From positions 62,001-126,000 of the forward strand of contig NW_002060981.1 of assembly GCF_000150275.1 (NCBI RefSeq): a stretch of 64,000 nucleotides of DNA. The letters run 5' to 3'. Both the position numbers and the translations under genes were made by a program. Origin of the DNA: Trichoplax adhaerens (lineage: Eukaryota > Animalia > Placozoa). The notes below the pieces were generated by a model that was given only the letters and a program-made list of their open reading frames with translations, was not told the DNA's origin and did no database searches. Of the stretch, positions 16,801 through 31,101 are shown one piece after another. Numbering within the stretch: position 1 is the first letter of the stretch; every line of letters begins with the position of its first letter.

Positions 16801-19800
16801 TTATTAGTACTATAATTCAGAGTGGGAAAGTGGCATGTGCTATCCTGAGATTAATTGTAGTTATCGATTTTGGGACAAAATGCAGCTGTAAGTATTAGCA
16901 TCGGATTGAGTTTTAACCATTTTTATCAGCAATGTTAGTGAAATGAACAGTCTAATCTTGTTACTTAGCTATTTGATACTGTCTCTATTTTGATTCAAAC
17001 TCGTTGATTCCATTGGATATTAGCAAAAATGAGATCCAGTTAATCCATAAAATGGATTCAAGATATCAAGTATTAGATTTAGTTTAAATTAATAATTGAC
17101 GTAATAGATCAACTCAATTATGGAAAAAAATACAAAGTAAATAAAAACATGTGCATCTGTTACACATGATACATATTCATTTACGTATAAGGTGTTGAGC
17201 ATAATTGAGAAAAGAAAATAACTCAAGATTTATTGTTACATAACTACCTATGTATACTTACATTGGAAAGATCATATTACGATAATAATGACGACTTTGG
17301 TGCCATTACGACATTGTAAAATTTTTAAAGCATTATGATGTATTCAACAATATAGGCGTAATTTGGAAAGACTGTCTATGCACTAGAACAACTTTAAATG
17401 TATATCCCCAAATTAAACCAATATATGAGTAACTTTTTAAAAATGTTAACATAGTTGATAGATATAAACTAAATAGTTTGAAAGACTGCTACCATAACAG
17501 TAGTAAACTTATATGGATGAAATTGAACGCACATGTGTATTACTGCTTAATACGATGCGAATAATCTAAAGCTGGTAGATTGGATGTTTTAAAAGATCAT
17601 ATTATGATGATGATGATGACGGTGGTAAGGACGCTGAAATTTTAAATACATCTGTATTCGATAGCATAATTTTGAAAAATACAGACACATATAATTATAG
17701 CTAAAGCAATACTCGTAGACATATTGTAAATACTGCGATATTTAATAAATACAAGTAAGCTGGAAAGTCTGCAGGATCAGCATAATAATGATGAGGTGAT
17801 ATTAAGAGTTTTCTAGTACGTAGCACATATGAGGTAGTTTAATTTTAAAGATTCTACAATGAATTATGCAAGTGCAAGAATAGAGCTAAATTTATACCAT
17901 AAAATCCGGTTAATACATTGTTGTTCAAAATGATGTTTAATATATTGTTGAATATTACAAAAAGCAAAGGTAGTAGTTTTTCCTGTGATAGTTTGCTATA
18001 ATTATACCTTTTCAGTCTTTGACAATATAGCTTACCTGTATATCAGGTAACTATATGACTTTATTAATAGAAATATTGTCTGAAATAGTTAAGTATGGTC
18101 GGAAACGGATGTTCCAATGTTATGGACAATATAATATCCAATTTATCTCTATTTACTGCCTCAACAACGGTTCCTGAAGCCAGGAGACATTTCCTCAAAG
18201 CGACTGCTACACACATTGATAATTGTTCTTCAGTATTCAAAATAAAATATACTGTACAATAATTCAAAGCAATCTATTTTTATATTTTTCCTATTTCTTC
18301 TAATGTATTCGTTGAATACGTTTATGAAGCTATGTGGTACAATTATCATACATTACTAAAAATCTCTCCTGGGTCAGTTTTGTTCCATATAATGATTAAT
18401 TACTTTGTGTATAAAAATACAAAAAAAGATAGAATAGCAGAATGCCTGCTAAATGCTAGTAGCAAACTAAAAATAATCGTCGTTGCACCTAGTTTGATTT
18501 CAGCGACGATAGCTCTAGATAATTCTGAAATTAATCTATTTTGGCCCAACCTTCATCGAGCTATGGCGCCTGTCTATTTAATTTATTGTAATCTATTGGG
18601 ATTATTTATTCATATTTTCTGCCATCATTGTCCTTTAACCTCCATCTTATTACCATGGAATGCCGTCTATTAGTGCTTTAAGTGCATGCTAGCATAATTA
18701 TTTGAGCAAAAGCTCATTCTTGAAGTAATCTTTCCAGCTATAGGAACTCTACATAGTAGACACAAAATAAGCTCTGGAAATAAGGTGGCAAGCATACATG
18801 TCAATTTTTTAAGAGGGGAGGGAAACAGCATAGAAAATACCCTTCTCTACATATTATTATTTTGTTCACTTCAGGTAGTACTTATCTTCAATCGTGAACT
18901 AGTCCTTTAAAAGTCTATCTGGTTTGTCTAGAGAAAATTCTATTACTACTATAGCATGCCAGTATATCATAACGGCTATCACGTCTTGGTTATTTTAAGA
19001 AATCAATCAAAATCTTTAGGCTATAAAAATGGACTAAATGGCATTTTTAGATAGGACAGTAAATAATATTTCTACATATAGTGACGCTATCGTCAATAAG
19101 ATTCTCTTCGTACGGTATTATTTATCGAATCGTAATCTAGCTTTTGAATTTTTCAAGTTCATGTCAGATGAGGATTAAAGCTTATGCTTACTAATATATC
19201 ATTTAAATAGTAGTATTCCGATTGGTGGTGCAGTTCAACGGCATCGGTTCAAACTATTCCCCCGATGTAAATTGAAAATATTAATGCGTTAGTAAGTATT
19301 ATTAATTCTACCATATAATATCCTTGATACGTGACATCAATTGCTTCGTTCTTTTAATACAAAAAGGGACAATTTTATTAAAATTTAATATATTGACATG
19401 ATCATCTTTCCCAGCAATTAAGCAAATCAGCGATGATGGTTAGAAGGTGGAAATGGGTCTACATTCAATTTTTTTAATGGTCACCGATAGTATAGTATAA
19501 TGCTTAAATAGGGTGTCTTTGTTAATAATGTAATAGCTACTGAGTAGATGAATAATATAAAAGAATAATTGCTAGTTAGCTATAGTTAAACGATTAAAAG
19601 GAAATATCCTAAAAATGAATAATAAGAGTTTTACACATTAAATTAAAGATCAGGATGTGCGTAACTTTACTTTTATCAAGGTTTAAATAACTACCGGTGC
19701 CCGATTTGATGTTTGTATCTGTATTTCCTAAAAGCCAGAAGGGAGGGAGGAAAGTAGATAGTGATCACAGGGTATTTTTAATCAATATTATTGATTGAAC

Positions 19801-22800
19801 TCCAAATGGATAAAATTGACGACATTGTATAAAATAGATTAATATTATGCTTCTGTTTTGTGACAACGTATTATGAGTCCGTTGGTAGTAATTTCATTCT
19901 ATCCAATCTGCTGTCAGACAGAAAGAATGCAATAGACTCTCCTCCCATTCCAAATTAATTTTACTTTATGCTGTAGGTAATTCTTGTTTGCATAACAATC
20001 ACTATGGAAATAGTAATCATATTAGAAAAGTTTTTGTATGATTATCATGCTAATTTGTGGCATCAGCTGCTGTTTTATTCCAGGGGAAGTAACAAAAAGT
20101 ACATTAGAATCTCAAAGTAGATGAGAGTTTTATTTCGCAGAACTGAAAGACTGAAAATGAAAATAGAGGATGGAAAAACTTGATCTTGAGATTTTTGATT
20201 TTATGAATTTCATCATTAATATTGACTATATCTTGGGCCAATTTAACTGATGCTTAATAGAGAAAGAGAGTTAGAATAGCAGCTTAATATTTGTATTCAA
20301 TCTTGTGTAATATAAGATTAAATCGAACAATAATATGAAAATGAAGTTATTTCTCCTTTGAATTTTATTCGTTGTTTGTGCATTAGTATTATTGAATTGA
20401 AATTTTCCATCTGGACTTCAACAAAGTTAGGGAAAAGGAATGAATCTCCGCACCAGACAAAATATCCTATGAATTGAAAGTATACTCTTTATTCGTAAAA
20501 TGATCATCAATTACAAAAGTATAATAACGATTGTAAAGTCTAATATTGACTGGAGTAGAGTAACTGTATCCATCAGCTTTTCTTTCACAGGGATTGGTGC
20601 ATGTAAGAATTGCCTATGAATATCTATGTGCATAAGTGAATCTCTTACAACTATAAATTTATTCTCCATTATAATTATTAACCATACATGAGAAAGGATG
20701 TCAAAGAATAAATGAAGCTAGCGAGCAAAAATGGAAATAGAGATTAGAAAGAGATCGTTTATTTTCTGTTGCTATATTATCAATTTTATTACATCATCAA
20801 AATGGAAATATTTCCTTACAACATTGAATATGGTATAGCAACTGACAAATAATTAATATGAAACATTTGTATATATTGCCAAGGTAAATACAATTAGCAT
20901 TACGGATATCTAGTGTTAGAACTTATCGTGATGCTAGTTGACGTATTAGGAAAGACTAATATAAATAATTTAATATCAACTATCTAGATTATAAAGAAAA
21001 GTCAGGAGAGGGAAAGAGATAGATAATAAAACCATGATTTTAACTTGTATTAATCTCCTTTTTTCTTAAATTAAATATAACCTGTAGTAGGATAATGAAG
21101 GGGAACTCCATAATATAATTATAATCCTACCATCAGGACTCTATACGTCAAATAAATGAAATATTAATAGACAGCAAAGTCAAGTGGATCATCGTTTACC
21201 TTGAAAATTAAATCAAGTCTTTGACAGTAGTCATGATTGACGTAGTTTTTATAATTAAATGTAGTTTACTATTCTCAATTTTGATCTAGCTGGCTAGAAC
21301 AATTAACCACATCATTCTACTGCCAATTTCTAGTCCTATCGACATCATGCCATTAAATCTGAGCAACTATTAACGTCATCACAACCGAAAATGGTGTACG
21401 AATAATAAAATGAATCGTCGAAATATCTATCTGACTAATACTTATAACTGATTGAATTTGATGGCAGAATTTGTACAAATAAACAACAACAAAATAGATC
21501 TTGATCATCACCTGCACTCTAATGTCATCCAGTTTTTGACTATAATCATTCAACTGAACGAACTAATTAACTATCCTAGATAATAAGTTAACACTAAGAC
21601 AGAAAATTGCATAGACTGACTATTATTTTTTTGAACTCCTTTTATCATAGTTAAAGTCTATAATCCTAAAAATAAAATAATTTCAACACTCCATCCTTTC
21701 TGATGGATTTATGTTTCATGATGGAAAGAATAGTAACCAATTGAGAAGTCAAAAAAGGAAGTCATTATTATAGCATCGATCCTTCTACTGTAGCCATGTA
21801 AAATATTTCGTAGCCGACCCATTTATTGCATATATTGTGTGCAAAAGGATTAATGAAATAGATCACCAGATTTTTATTTTTATACAAAAATAAAGAACAG
21901 AATAGCCTAGAAGAAAGCTTAGCATAACAAATAATTAATCTGGCCATGTATGTAGTCTTTGCTTTATTGAGCTATTTATTGGTTAATAGCAATAGACAAA
22001 CCACCAGAAAAGACAGTAACTGTATTAGACAATATCAACGAACGGATAATTAACTGGGCTGCATGTATTATTTGCTTAAAATTTTGATCAACTATTATCA
22101 CTTGGTGTTGATCTAGAAAATAATTTGACTATAGCTTTGATAATCAGACACATATTTTCGACCTGGAATTTGAAAACTATGTATTGTTATTTCTCCAGTA
22201 TCCTATGAATAGAAATTGAATTTGAATAGCTATCAACAGTTAATGTAGAATAGATTGGTGGTATCAATGTACGGGGTTATGGAGAAAGAATAAGATCAGT
22301 ATGAGGAATTTGATTTTATATGCAGCAAAATGAAAGTAAATAGCTTTTTACTAGGAATAATGAATTAAATCGGTGAAAAAAAAGCGATAAAATGGAAAAA
22401 TAATTAAGGCTGCTTTATAAACAGTATTGAAAATGAAAATTATGCTTTTTCTATGCCGATTGAAATTGGCTGTAGATAGAGTTGAGCTCGATTTGAAACC
22501 GTTGTTCAAGGGAAAAAGTCTTAAAGTTCTCTCTAATTCATCGCAGCATTGTGTTCTCCCTATTCTAACCACATAAATTCTATCAACTAACAGAAGCTTA
22601 TCAATAAGAATAATTTTATGTTGCTAACGACGATGGTGGATAACGCTTGCAAATGATAGTTGTCTCCTCCATTTCAAACTGATCGATGATATGGCCAACA
22701 GCACTTACTCAAGATAGTTCATTTTAATGGTTGCTATTTTAATGTTATTATTAATGGCAGCAACTGCGAGGAGTTTGATCAAGATTGATTAATTATTTTG

Positions 22801-23423
22801 AACAATCATTAAAGCCGTAACCAGTAGCACATTGAATCATCATTTATCTCACATCCAAAAAGAAAAAAATAATAAATAGCAGAAAAATATAATATAAGCA
22901 AGACAACATGAAGAAAGGAAAACGTTAGTTATTTTATTTTAATAATCTACAGGGCCCATTTGATGACTTATTTTTTTCTCTCTCCTTCCTTAATTGTATT
23001 TGTCTTGTGTTGAAGATAATTTTTAAATGGATTGCCTTTTTTATTCTTTTCATTCTACTCTTGCCAAGTGATTTTTTGTTGTTCAATATGATAACAATCA
23101 AGATGGAATTTTTACGTAGGGATTGCCACCTTGTGCCCATGTGACGCAAATCTATCATGACAGTCGATTAGAGAAATTGTTGACAATGTATTAATGTTTA
23201 ATTATATTAGTCAAGTTTTATTTCCACCTTGTACTCTAATAATACCCAAGTACACCTCAGCTATTCTTCAATAACCTTGAAACAATTTGATTGACTGTAG
23301 AAAACTATCAAGCATGACAAGAATAGTGATAGAGAGCCTGTTCAAATCTCGTACCCTTCTACACTATTCATTCACAAAAATTCTATATGACTGCTTTTGT
23401 TCAACAACAATATTACTATCCAA

Positions 23424-23425
<2 letters not shown>

Positions 23426-23457
<32 letters not shown>
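23426..23457. repeat. (TA)16 microsatellite
   Basis: Direct reading. Confidence 0.95.
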
Positions 23458-23458
<1 letters not shown>

Positions 23459-24063
23459 CTAGTAGACATGACGATACGTATCCGTCAATTTTTTTTTAGT
23501 CTTGGTATTCAACTGTTCTATCGCTCCATCCACTTAGCCTAGATGCACGCATATACTGTACGCGTATATATAGGCGTGTATTCTTCATTATAACCCAATT
23601 GAATCTTGATGATCATTTGAACGTAGAAGTAATACAGGATAGACTTTGCTAGAGTTCAATTTTTTTGTTGTCCTCATCTATTTCATTAATCATCGTGGAC
23701 CAATCGGATATTCATCAAAGCCCAATACATTGCATTAGATTAGTCTATAAGTAATCTACGCAGATCTAGTACAAAAATAGAGTATATCTAGACTGATTTT
23801 TAAAGCAATACTATTGCCGGATTACAGGTAAATACTGGCCTATTAGTTTTCTTTGATGAGTTTATAATTAATGATACTTGAGATTGCAATAGAAAAGTCA
23901 TCATTATTTTATTCTCTGCCTCAGTTCCAGCTGATATTTCAACAACTATCGTTATCATTAAGATATCTACTGTATATCTTGCAGTTATGCTTGTATTAAA
24001 TTGATCATTCCGTCTACTTCTTGCCCCTGACTTAAATCTGCAGTTTTTTTTCTCTCTTTTTAG

Positions 24064-27000
24064 TCTCCATTGGTATTGCAGTGACTATTGCAGTCTTATC
24101 AGGCATAGTAGTGGTTTTGGTCTTTTATTTAATCATTCGCATCATGTTTCGACTTCTTCACAAAAAACAAGAGCAATTTTACGATCCGGTGGCGGCTTGC
24201 ATTGAGCCAAATGAGGTCAAATCTGTTTCACCAAATAATTTTCATAGTTGCCCAGTGCAACCATCCATAGCAAGTTCTTTGGATAATTTACCGACACCGC
24301 CATTAACCAAAGTTTCTCGACCTCAACCTGCTAATATTATGGGCTACGATCGATCACGTCGAAGAGGTAGTAGTGAAAGTAGCGCAAGCCATGACTCATT
24401 TGGATACAAACAGTTGAGTTATCCTAACTCTCCCAGTTTGTCGGTACATAGTGGTCAAATTATCATGCCGTTATCACCAAATACTGCTAAAAAAGAAAAT
24501 TATGGCAAGCTAATGCCTGAATTATATCAGTAAGTCATTCTTTTAATACAATACGTATGTACATTTCCAATACATTTTTTTGTTTCTTTCTAATTTTAAT
24601 AGAAATCGTAACACATAAACAGTAGTTTGATGAGCTAATAGTTGCGATATCGAGTTGAATTCAACGTTTTTGTTTGTTACGATAGTTTTTAAACGTTCAA
24701 AGATTAAAAATGACATAGCAGGGAAGAAATAGAGAACGTTTCGATCGAAAATACTAGTGATTTTATGTAACTACAATGGATGACAGATGGGTTGATAGCT
24801 TACATTTCTATGTAAAAAACAAGAATTGATGATAGGAAAATAGAATATAAGCAACAGAATACTGACTGTTGTAGGCTGGAGGATAAAAATTGTTAAAATC
24901 AACAATATACCTTCCTAGTATTTAACATGGAAATTAAAGAAAACTTTTAGGCAATATGCTGAATTATCATTTTTCTTGCTTTAGGATAAAATAGAATATA
25001 GATTATGAGTTGAATCGGTATAAACAACTTAAATCGATATCTTCACGTCATCCTTTGCTATGCAAATAGAAATGAATCTCAATTTTTCTGTACAATAACT
25101 TCATAGTTGGATTGATAGTTGGATCGAATTATAGAGTGTAATTTATCATACACTTTATAAATTAAATACGGTCCATCAGAAGCAAAATGAAAGCACTGGA
25201 GCTAGTATATGTATTTATCGATTTATCAATCAATTTGTCACCAAAATTATACTCAATTCTACATGTATATTAAAATAATCACATCGCTACAACTGATATT
25301 TAAACAGTAGCTGCTAATAAGTGATGAAAATTTACGTTATACGATAGTATAGAAGCAAATTGTAAGTAAACTTCATGGAATTACATTACTGTACTCTATT
25401 ATAGATTGCTTTAGCAAATAATTCTTGAAGTTGAAAACTTTGAACATAAAAACAACGACTACCCTTTCAGGAAGTTACCCAACTCATCGTTTCCTTTATT
25501 TTTAGTGAGTTGCGTTACTGAATAAAGGATTTATTGCCATATTCTTTATTTTTTATGACTGTATTAACTACATCGAAATTTGAATAAGGTCTCAATAGTA
25601 ACTACTATCCCTACAAATAGTGACTAAAGTCATCATTTATCCGATGGCCGGAGAATTAGGGCAACTTGGTAATGGGTTTATCTCCATGCTTTACATTTTA
25701 TAACTGTATTAAAGTTTTTTGTACGGCATTATTATTAAAGCCTCAATTCCATTCTGATAACAATAAGACAAAATACTTCAAATTTTATATAACAGTCTAA
25801 ACTGAATATCTTGTAATTTTCGTTTTACTTTCTTTAACCGAACACGAATTTGGTAAAAAATCGATCATTTTAAATCTAGACGGATCGATTTCTTTCAATT
25901 TCATCAAGCTAAAGCGGAGAGCTAATTACAATTATTTTACTTTACAGCTAAGATAGAACGTTAAAATTTTTATCAAATCTATCGGCCATCAATGAATAGT
26001 CAAACTACACCATATCTAATATATTAATGATACAACAACCAATCAAATGACAGTATATTATATTATAATAGATATAATATCTATTGTATTTCAATTTCTA
26101 TATCAACCTTTTCTCCCTAAATGAGTTGCTGAATGTAGAGGCATAACCTTAAATTATTTAGTCTCAATATTGAAATCTTTCAAAATCTTTTGATCGACAA
26201 TATAATTAAGGTTAAGTAAATTAGATGAGATTATTCAACGTTAGCATTAATCAATCAATAAAAAAAAAATCTGTACGTTTGTTGACTACTTTTCAAATCT
26301 ACACTTTCCATGTAGACTTTAATTAGCGTATTATTCTTATTTGATGTTTAATATTTGTTGGATGTGATCCCTTAAGGCTGCGCTCCGAATTTTTTTTATT
26401 AATTTGTTCACATTCAAATCAGCAAATTGTATCATAGCAATAACAACAACATAACAATAGATGAAATTATTATTTAGCTTGTCGACAATACTCTATACTG
26501 TCTATCTGTGGTTGACGAAGACAGTATTTACAAAAAACGAAATACATAGTAAGGAGCGACATTACCATTAGTTTTGACAATATTATCAATACATTAGAGC
26601 GATTTTAGACTGAAAAATCAGTTGTAATAGTGGTAGCAATTCCTATAGTATGGGCCAACTTATTGTTTAAAGGATTAATTAAATTGTTCAAAATTCTTGA
26701 CTTATTCCTTCCATGATGATCGGGATTACTTATTAAAGTTGATAGCTTTCAAGATAAAAGTATAGATATTGAAATAGATTTTATTGCCACAACCCTAGTA
26801 ATAAACTCCTATCAATAAACCTTGTGAATTAACAATAAAAGGTTGTTTACATTCTCCTTAACCAGTTTCTCCTTTTTTCAATAATTTCAAAAAATGCGCT
26901 GGATGTCTATGGAAAAGGTTGTAATTAGCTTCCAATTTATTTCCGGAATATCATAGATGTCACTCTTGCCATGTCAATTAAAATAAAATAATATTTTATA

Positions 27001-30000
27001 TATCATCCACTTGCTAAGGGTTGGGTAGGCTGAATATAAGACATCAATATTTTGTTGTTGTTATTCATGCAGATGAAATATTGATTGAAATCACAATATA
27101 TAGTATAGGATAAAACAAAAACTCATGTTCAATACCTAATATCTTACTATAAAGAGCAAAAAATTAACATATATCTCGATAAACATCAATGCAGTAGATA
27201 GAAGTTGAATATTACTACTAAATAATTGCATCATAAATGTAAATTATACCTTAGAAATTAGAAATTAGCCCTTGTTATTGGCTGATATGAGAGGCAACAT
27301 TAATAGAATGTTCAAAATATTACTGATATAGAATTAGGACCACATTTAGCCATACCGATGATAATAGATGAGAATAATATCGATTAAAGGAAAACAATAT
27401 TTAGAACCATCTAATAATTACTCACTGTACAACTGAATGATAATACGAAAAACAATAGACAGTACCATTTTTAAGCAAGCAATATTAAAATGGATAATTT
27501 TAGACACATCGTAATTCTGACACCATCTTCGGACTAGCCAATAATTTTAATATCGTAAATTGCTACTTTGTTTCGAGGTATGATTAAAATCTACAGTATA
27601 TAATGATCAATAATTAAATTACTCATCATTTGTCTTTCAATAGCGATATCTTCATTTTAGAAGTTAGATGATTTAAAGTAAACAAATTTTCTCATCAATT
27701 TGATGCCGACCTTACCTTATAATTACAAAATTATTCACCTATTGCACCAATACTTGATATTAGTTTTGATTTGGTTCATATTTTTAGTTACGGTTGCGAT
27801 TAATTAACATGAAACTCTGAATAGGCGTACTCTACAAGTGGACATTAACGATAATACCTTAATAAAATAAAATTTCAACAAGAATACTCCGTTGTAATCA
27901 TATTGAACAAATTCCTTATAATGTACAATACTAATGATTATGGAAACAAATCCACGGGGTCTTCAATTATTTGAAGTTTATCGTTCTCCAAGTTAAGCAT
28001 ACTACAAGTCATGAATAGCAAATTTTTTTTATTTTGAATGCTAATATAATATTGGCTATTAGCTCATTTTCAATTATAGCAGACACACCCTAGGGATAAA
28101 CTACATAAACATGCCTTAGAGATTAGTATACAGTACAATAAAATTATAATTGAGAGGTAGGCAACTGCTCGCAGGTATTGTGTTTCTAGCTTGAAATTAA
28201 CTAGATGTTATGCAGCTTAATGAATTATTATAGGAAATTGTCGGAAGAATTTTTATTACTGCATATATTCTTCTTTTTATAATAAGTTTTTGTAAAATGA
28301 AGGACATAAATAATTTTAGAGAGAAAGGATCAGATACAATAACCCACATAACTAAGTACGATATGTCTATTTTATATCTACTTGCTGATTATAGGAATAA
28401 TGATGCCGATAATGAAGATATTGAATTTCCTCCAGGTAATATCGGTAGAATATGGTTCTCATGGGAATATCAACCTTCAGATGAGCGATTAACAGTAGAT
28501 TCTATCAAAATTCGCAATTTGCAAAATCGTCCTGGTGGAGGTGTCAGAAATCCACTAGTTAAAGTGTGTGCATTGCCATTTGAGCGGCAAACTAATCAAA
28601 CTGTAGTCAAAAAGAAGTCCAATAATCCGCGATACGATGAATCATTTCATTTTCAGGTGCCCATAAATGATATCTTCATTAATCTAGGCTAATTAGCTAC
28701 GCTAGTCATGCTTATAGTTTTTATCAATTAAAAAAATTAATGAATACTCTACATAATCTTGAGCTAAAGGGCTAAAAATTTATTATATACCGCTTATTTC
28801 TCCGACTTCGATTCTATCACTTATCATATACAATTCTTTACTTTAGATTTCTCAGACTGAATTTCAACGTAGTAGGCTTCGTTTGTCTATATTTGATAAC
28901 GAAGGAAGGCGCCAATACCCAATCGGCCATATTACTTGTCCGTTATTAGATTTAGATACATCAAGTAAGAAAACCGTCTGGAAAGATATCGAAAAAGGAC
29001 TTGAGGTACCTATTTATTGGAAGTTCTTATTACTGCATCTGATTTATGTGTAAACTTAGCTTGCAATATTAACAGTTGCTGTATAATACAGAATAAAATT
29101 TTCGACATTTCTTGTAGCATCAAAACAACTCTAATCATTATATTTATTTGGATTTGATTTCTTAAAATAGACATCGTACCAATTAGGAGCTATCACTTTT
29201 GCTTTGCAATTTATACCGCCTGATCGAGTGACTGTTACCATACTGAGTGCTAAGGACTTACCAGCTCATGAAAAGTTATCTCATCAATGTAAGATTGAAA
29301 TCATTGAAAGCTAAAATTACTCGTAGGGTTCAAGATAGTACTAATAAACCATTAGACATGTAACTACTGTAGTGTTCAATAAATGTTGCTAACGAGTTTC
29401 CAAAATGACCAAAATCGTATCAAGCTCACTAAACTATCAGAAATGATCACTTGTCAAGATATTGATCATCTATCTGTTAAGCAACAGCTGCGATGTAGAA
29501 TTGCTGTACACGTATTGCACATTAATGCGCATAATGTTCTTAGTTTCGATTTCTACTAGTGGCTCTTAGTTTATATTATTCGTTATTGTGATTTTATTTT
29601 CTAAATGTCCTTCCTTCATGCATGCTTTGATAAGGGAAAAATTTAAAGAATCTCTAAACATCAATTATAATTATTAGTTGGCAATTTTATTTCTATCGTG
29701 AATATGGCTTAGCAAATCGAATTAATGATGGTATATGTACGAATGCTCGTATCTATAGGTTTCTTGGTTAAAGCTACCTTAAGATATAATCAGAAGCCAA
29801 TTAAAACTAAGAAAACGAACATTGTTAAGAAAACTGTAGATCCTACCTTTGACGAATCGTTCCAATTTAAAGTATCAAAAGAGCATATTGAATCTACTGC
29901 AAATATTGTCATTGAAGTTCTATGCCGCTCTTCACATTCGTTCAAAGCTGATCGTAATGTTGGTCAAGTAATAATCGGTGGTAAAGATGTTGTTCGCGGA

Positions 30001-30081
30001 CAAGCTTTGGATCATTGGCAAGAAATTATCAGTTCCCCTCAACAAAGCGCCCAAAAGACTTATTCATTGAGTCCTCCCTAA
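24064..30081 (+). CDS. SYT15: Synaptotagmin-15-like (N-terminal TM + C2A + C2B, probably Ca2+-independent); start exon unresolved
   Basis: Exons 24064-24529 (TM segment IGIAVTIAVLSGIVVVLVFYLII; ends GKLMPELYQ), 28395-28656, 28847-29005, 29171-29288, 29759-30081, all GT-AG and phase-consistent. EFPPGNIGRIWFSWEY, NPLVKV, NPRYDESFHFQ and VWKDIE resemble SYT15 C2A. DPTFDESFQF and LDHWQEII mark C2B. The first exon needs an upstream phase-1 exon that I could not find. Confidence 0.88.
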
Positions 30082-31040
30082 TATTCACCGTTATCCGTAT
30101 AGATAGCATGAAGGAAATATCATTATAATAAGACTTTCTAAAAACTAGATATCAATCCATTTACAGCCAATAGGTCACAATATCTGTTGAAGATGTGTTC
30201 TATAAATTCTAAATCGATTACCACTGCCTTGAATTTATCATGTTAGAAAACTGTGTCAAGTTGACTTGACTTGAAACTAGAAAGTTTAATGATTAATACG
30301 ATGAATACAAGTTTTCGGATTTAACGAGTACATACGAAAGTAGACATCAGGTAGATTTTAGTTTTAGCAACTACTAGCTCGAAAAATTTTATCCTCATCC
30401 AACACTACAATTATTTGATAATGTACAGTAGTGATAGCCATGCTTGACCGTGTTGCTGTTATTAAAACCAATCAATTGTAAAATTTTTTATCAGGTTACA
30501 TTGCACTTTCTCACATGTACTCGTATATTTCCGTAACTTAACTGATATCAATACCAATTTCGTATGACTATAAATGTGATAAGTTGATGGAACGTAAGCG
30601 AGATGTTCCGCTACTCTAAAGTCAAAATAAGATTAATATTACGTGAGGTATATTTTAAGTTTAGATGTGAATCAACATCGGCCATGCGTCATGAAATACC
30701 AGTGTTAATATTCGTGACAACTGCGATTGGTTCATGTTAACTATAACTATGCTACATATCGCTTTTAAAGATATTCGTTCAATATCATAAAGGCCTTAAC
30801 TCCTTTTTTGCCATGACAAAAGAAATCTATGCTGCTACTGCTGCTTTTCTAAACGTTGTTGAGGGCATATCGCGTATAATTTTCTTCGATACTAGCATAG
30901 CTACGTCTTTTAATGCTGTAACTTCAATCTTTATAGTAAAATTTTGCTTTTGTATCAACAAAACTGTATTGAACACAACCAAGACTATATTTAAATAAAG
31001 TTAATTCTATATATCCTTTTTTTATCTGTCGTAAAAGCTT

Positions 31041-31046
31041 TTTATT
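31041..31046 (-). terminator. Polyadenylation signal AATAAA of RPS24
   Basis: About 55 nt downstream of the RPS24 stop on the minus strand. Confidence 0.65.
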
Positions 31047-31101
31047 TAACTGGCTGTATCAGACAAGCATTTGAGAATTATTTTGTACAAGCGGGATCGG
31101 A

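Noticed and set aside
17140-17700. Two degenerate copies of AAAGATCATATTA.GAT... about 325 bp apart
   Set aside because: Looks like an old local duplication with no coding or structural signal.
18064-18673. Hydrophobic ORFs on both strands
   Set aside because: No motifs; expected by chance in AT-rich DNA.
23761-23830. Exon ending at donor 23828 as the synaptotagmin start exon
   Set aside because: The required phase-1 frame hits TGA at 23794-96 with no ATG; it could only be UTR.
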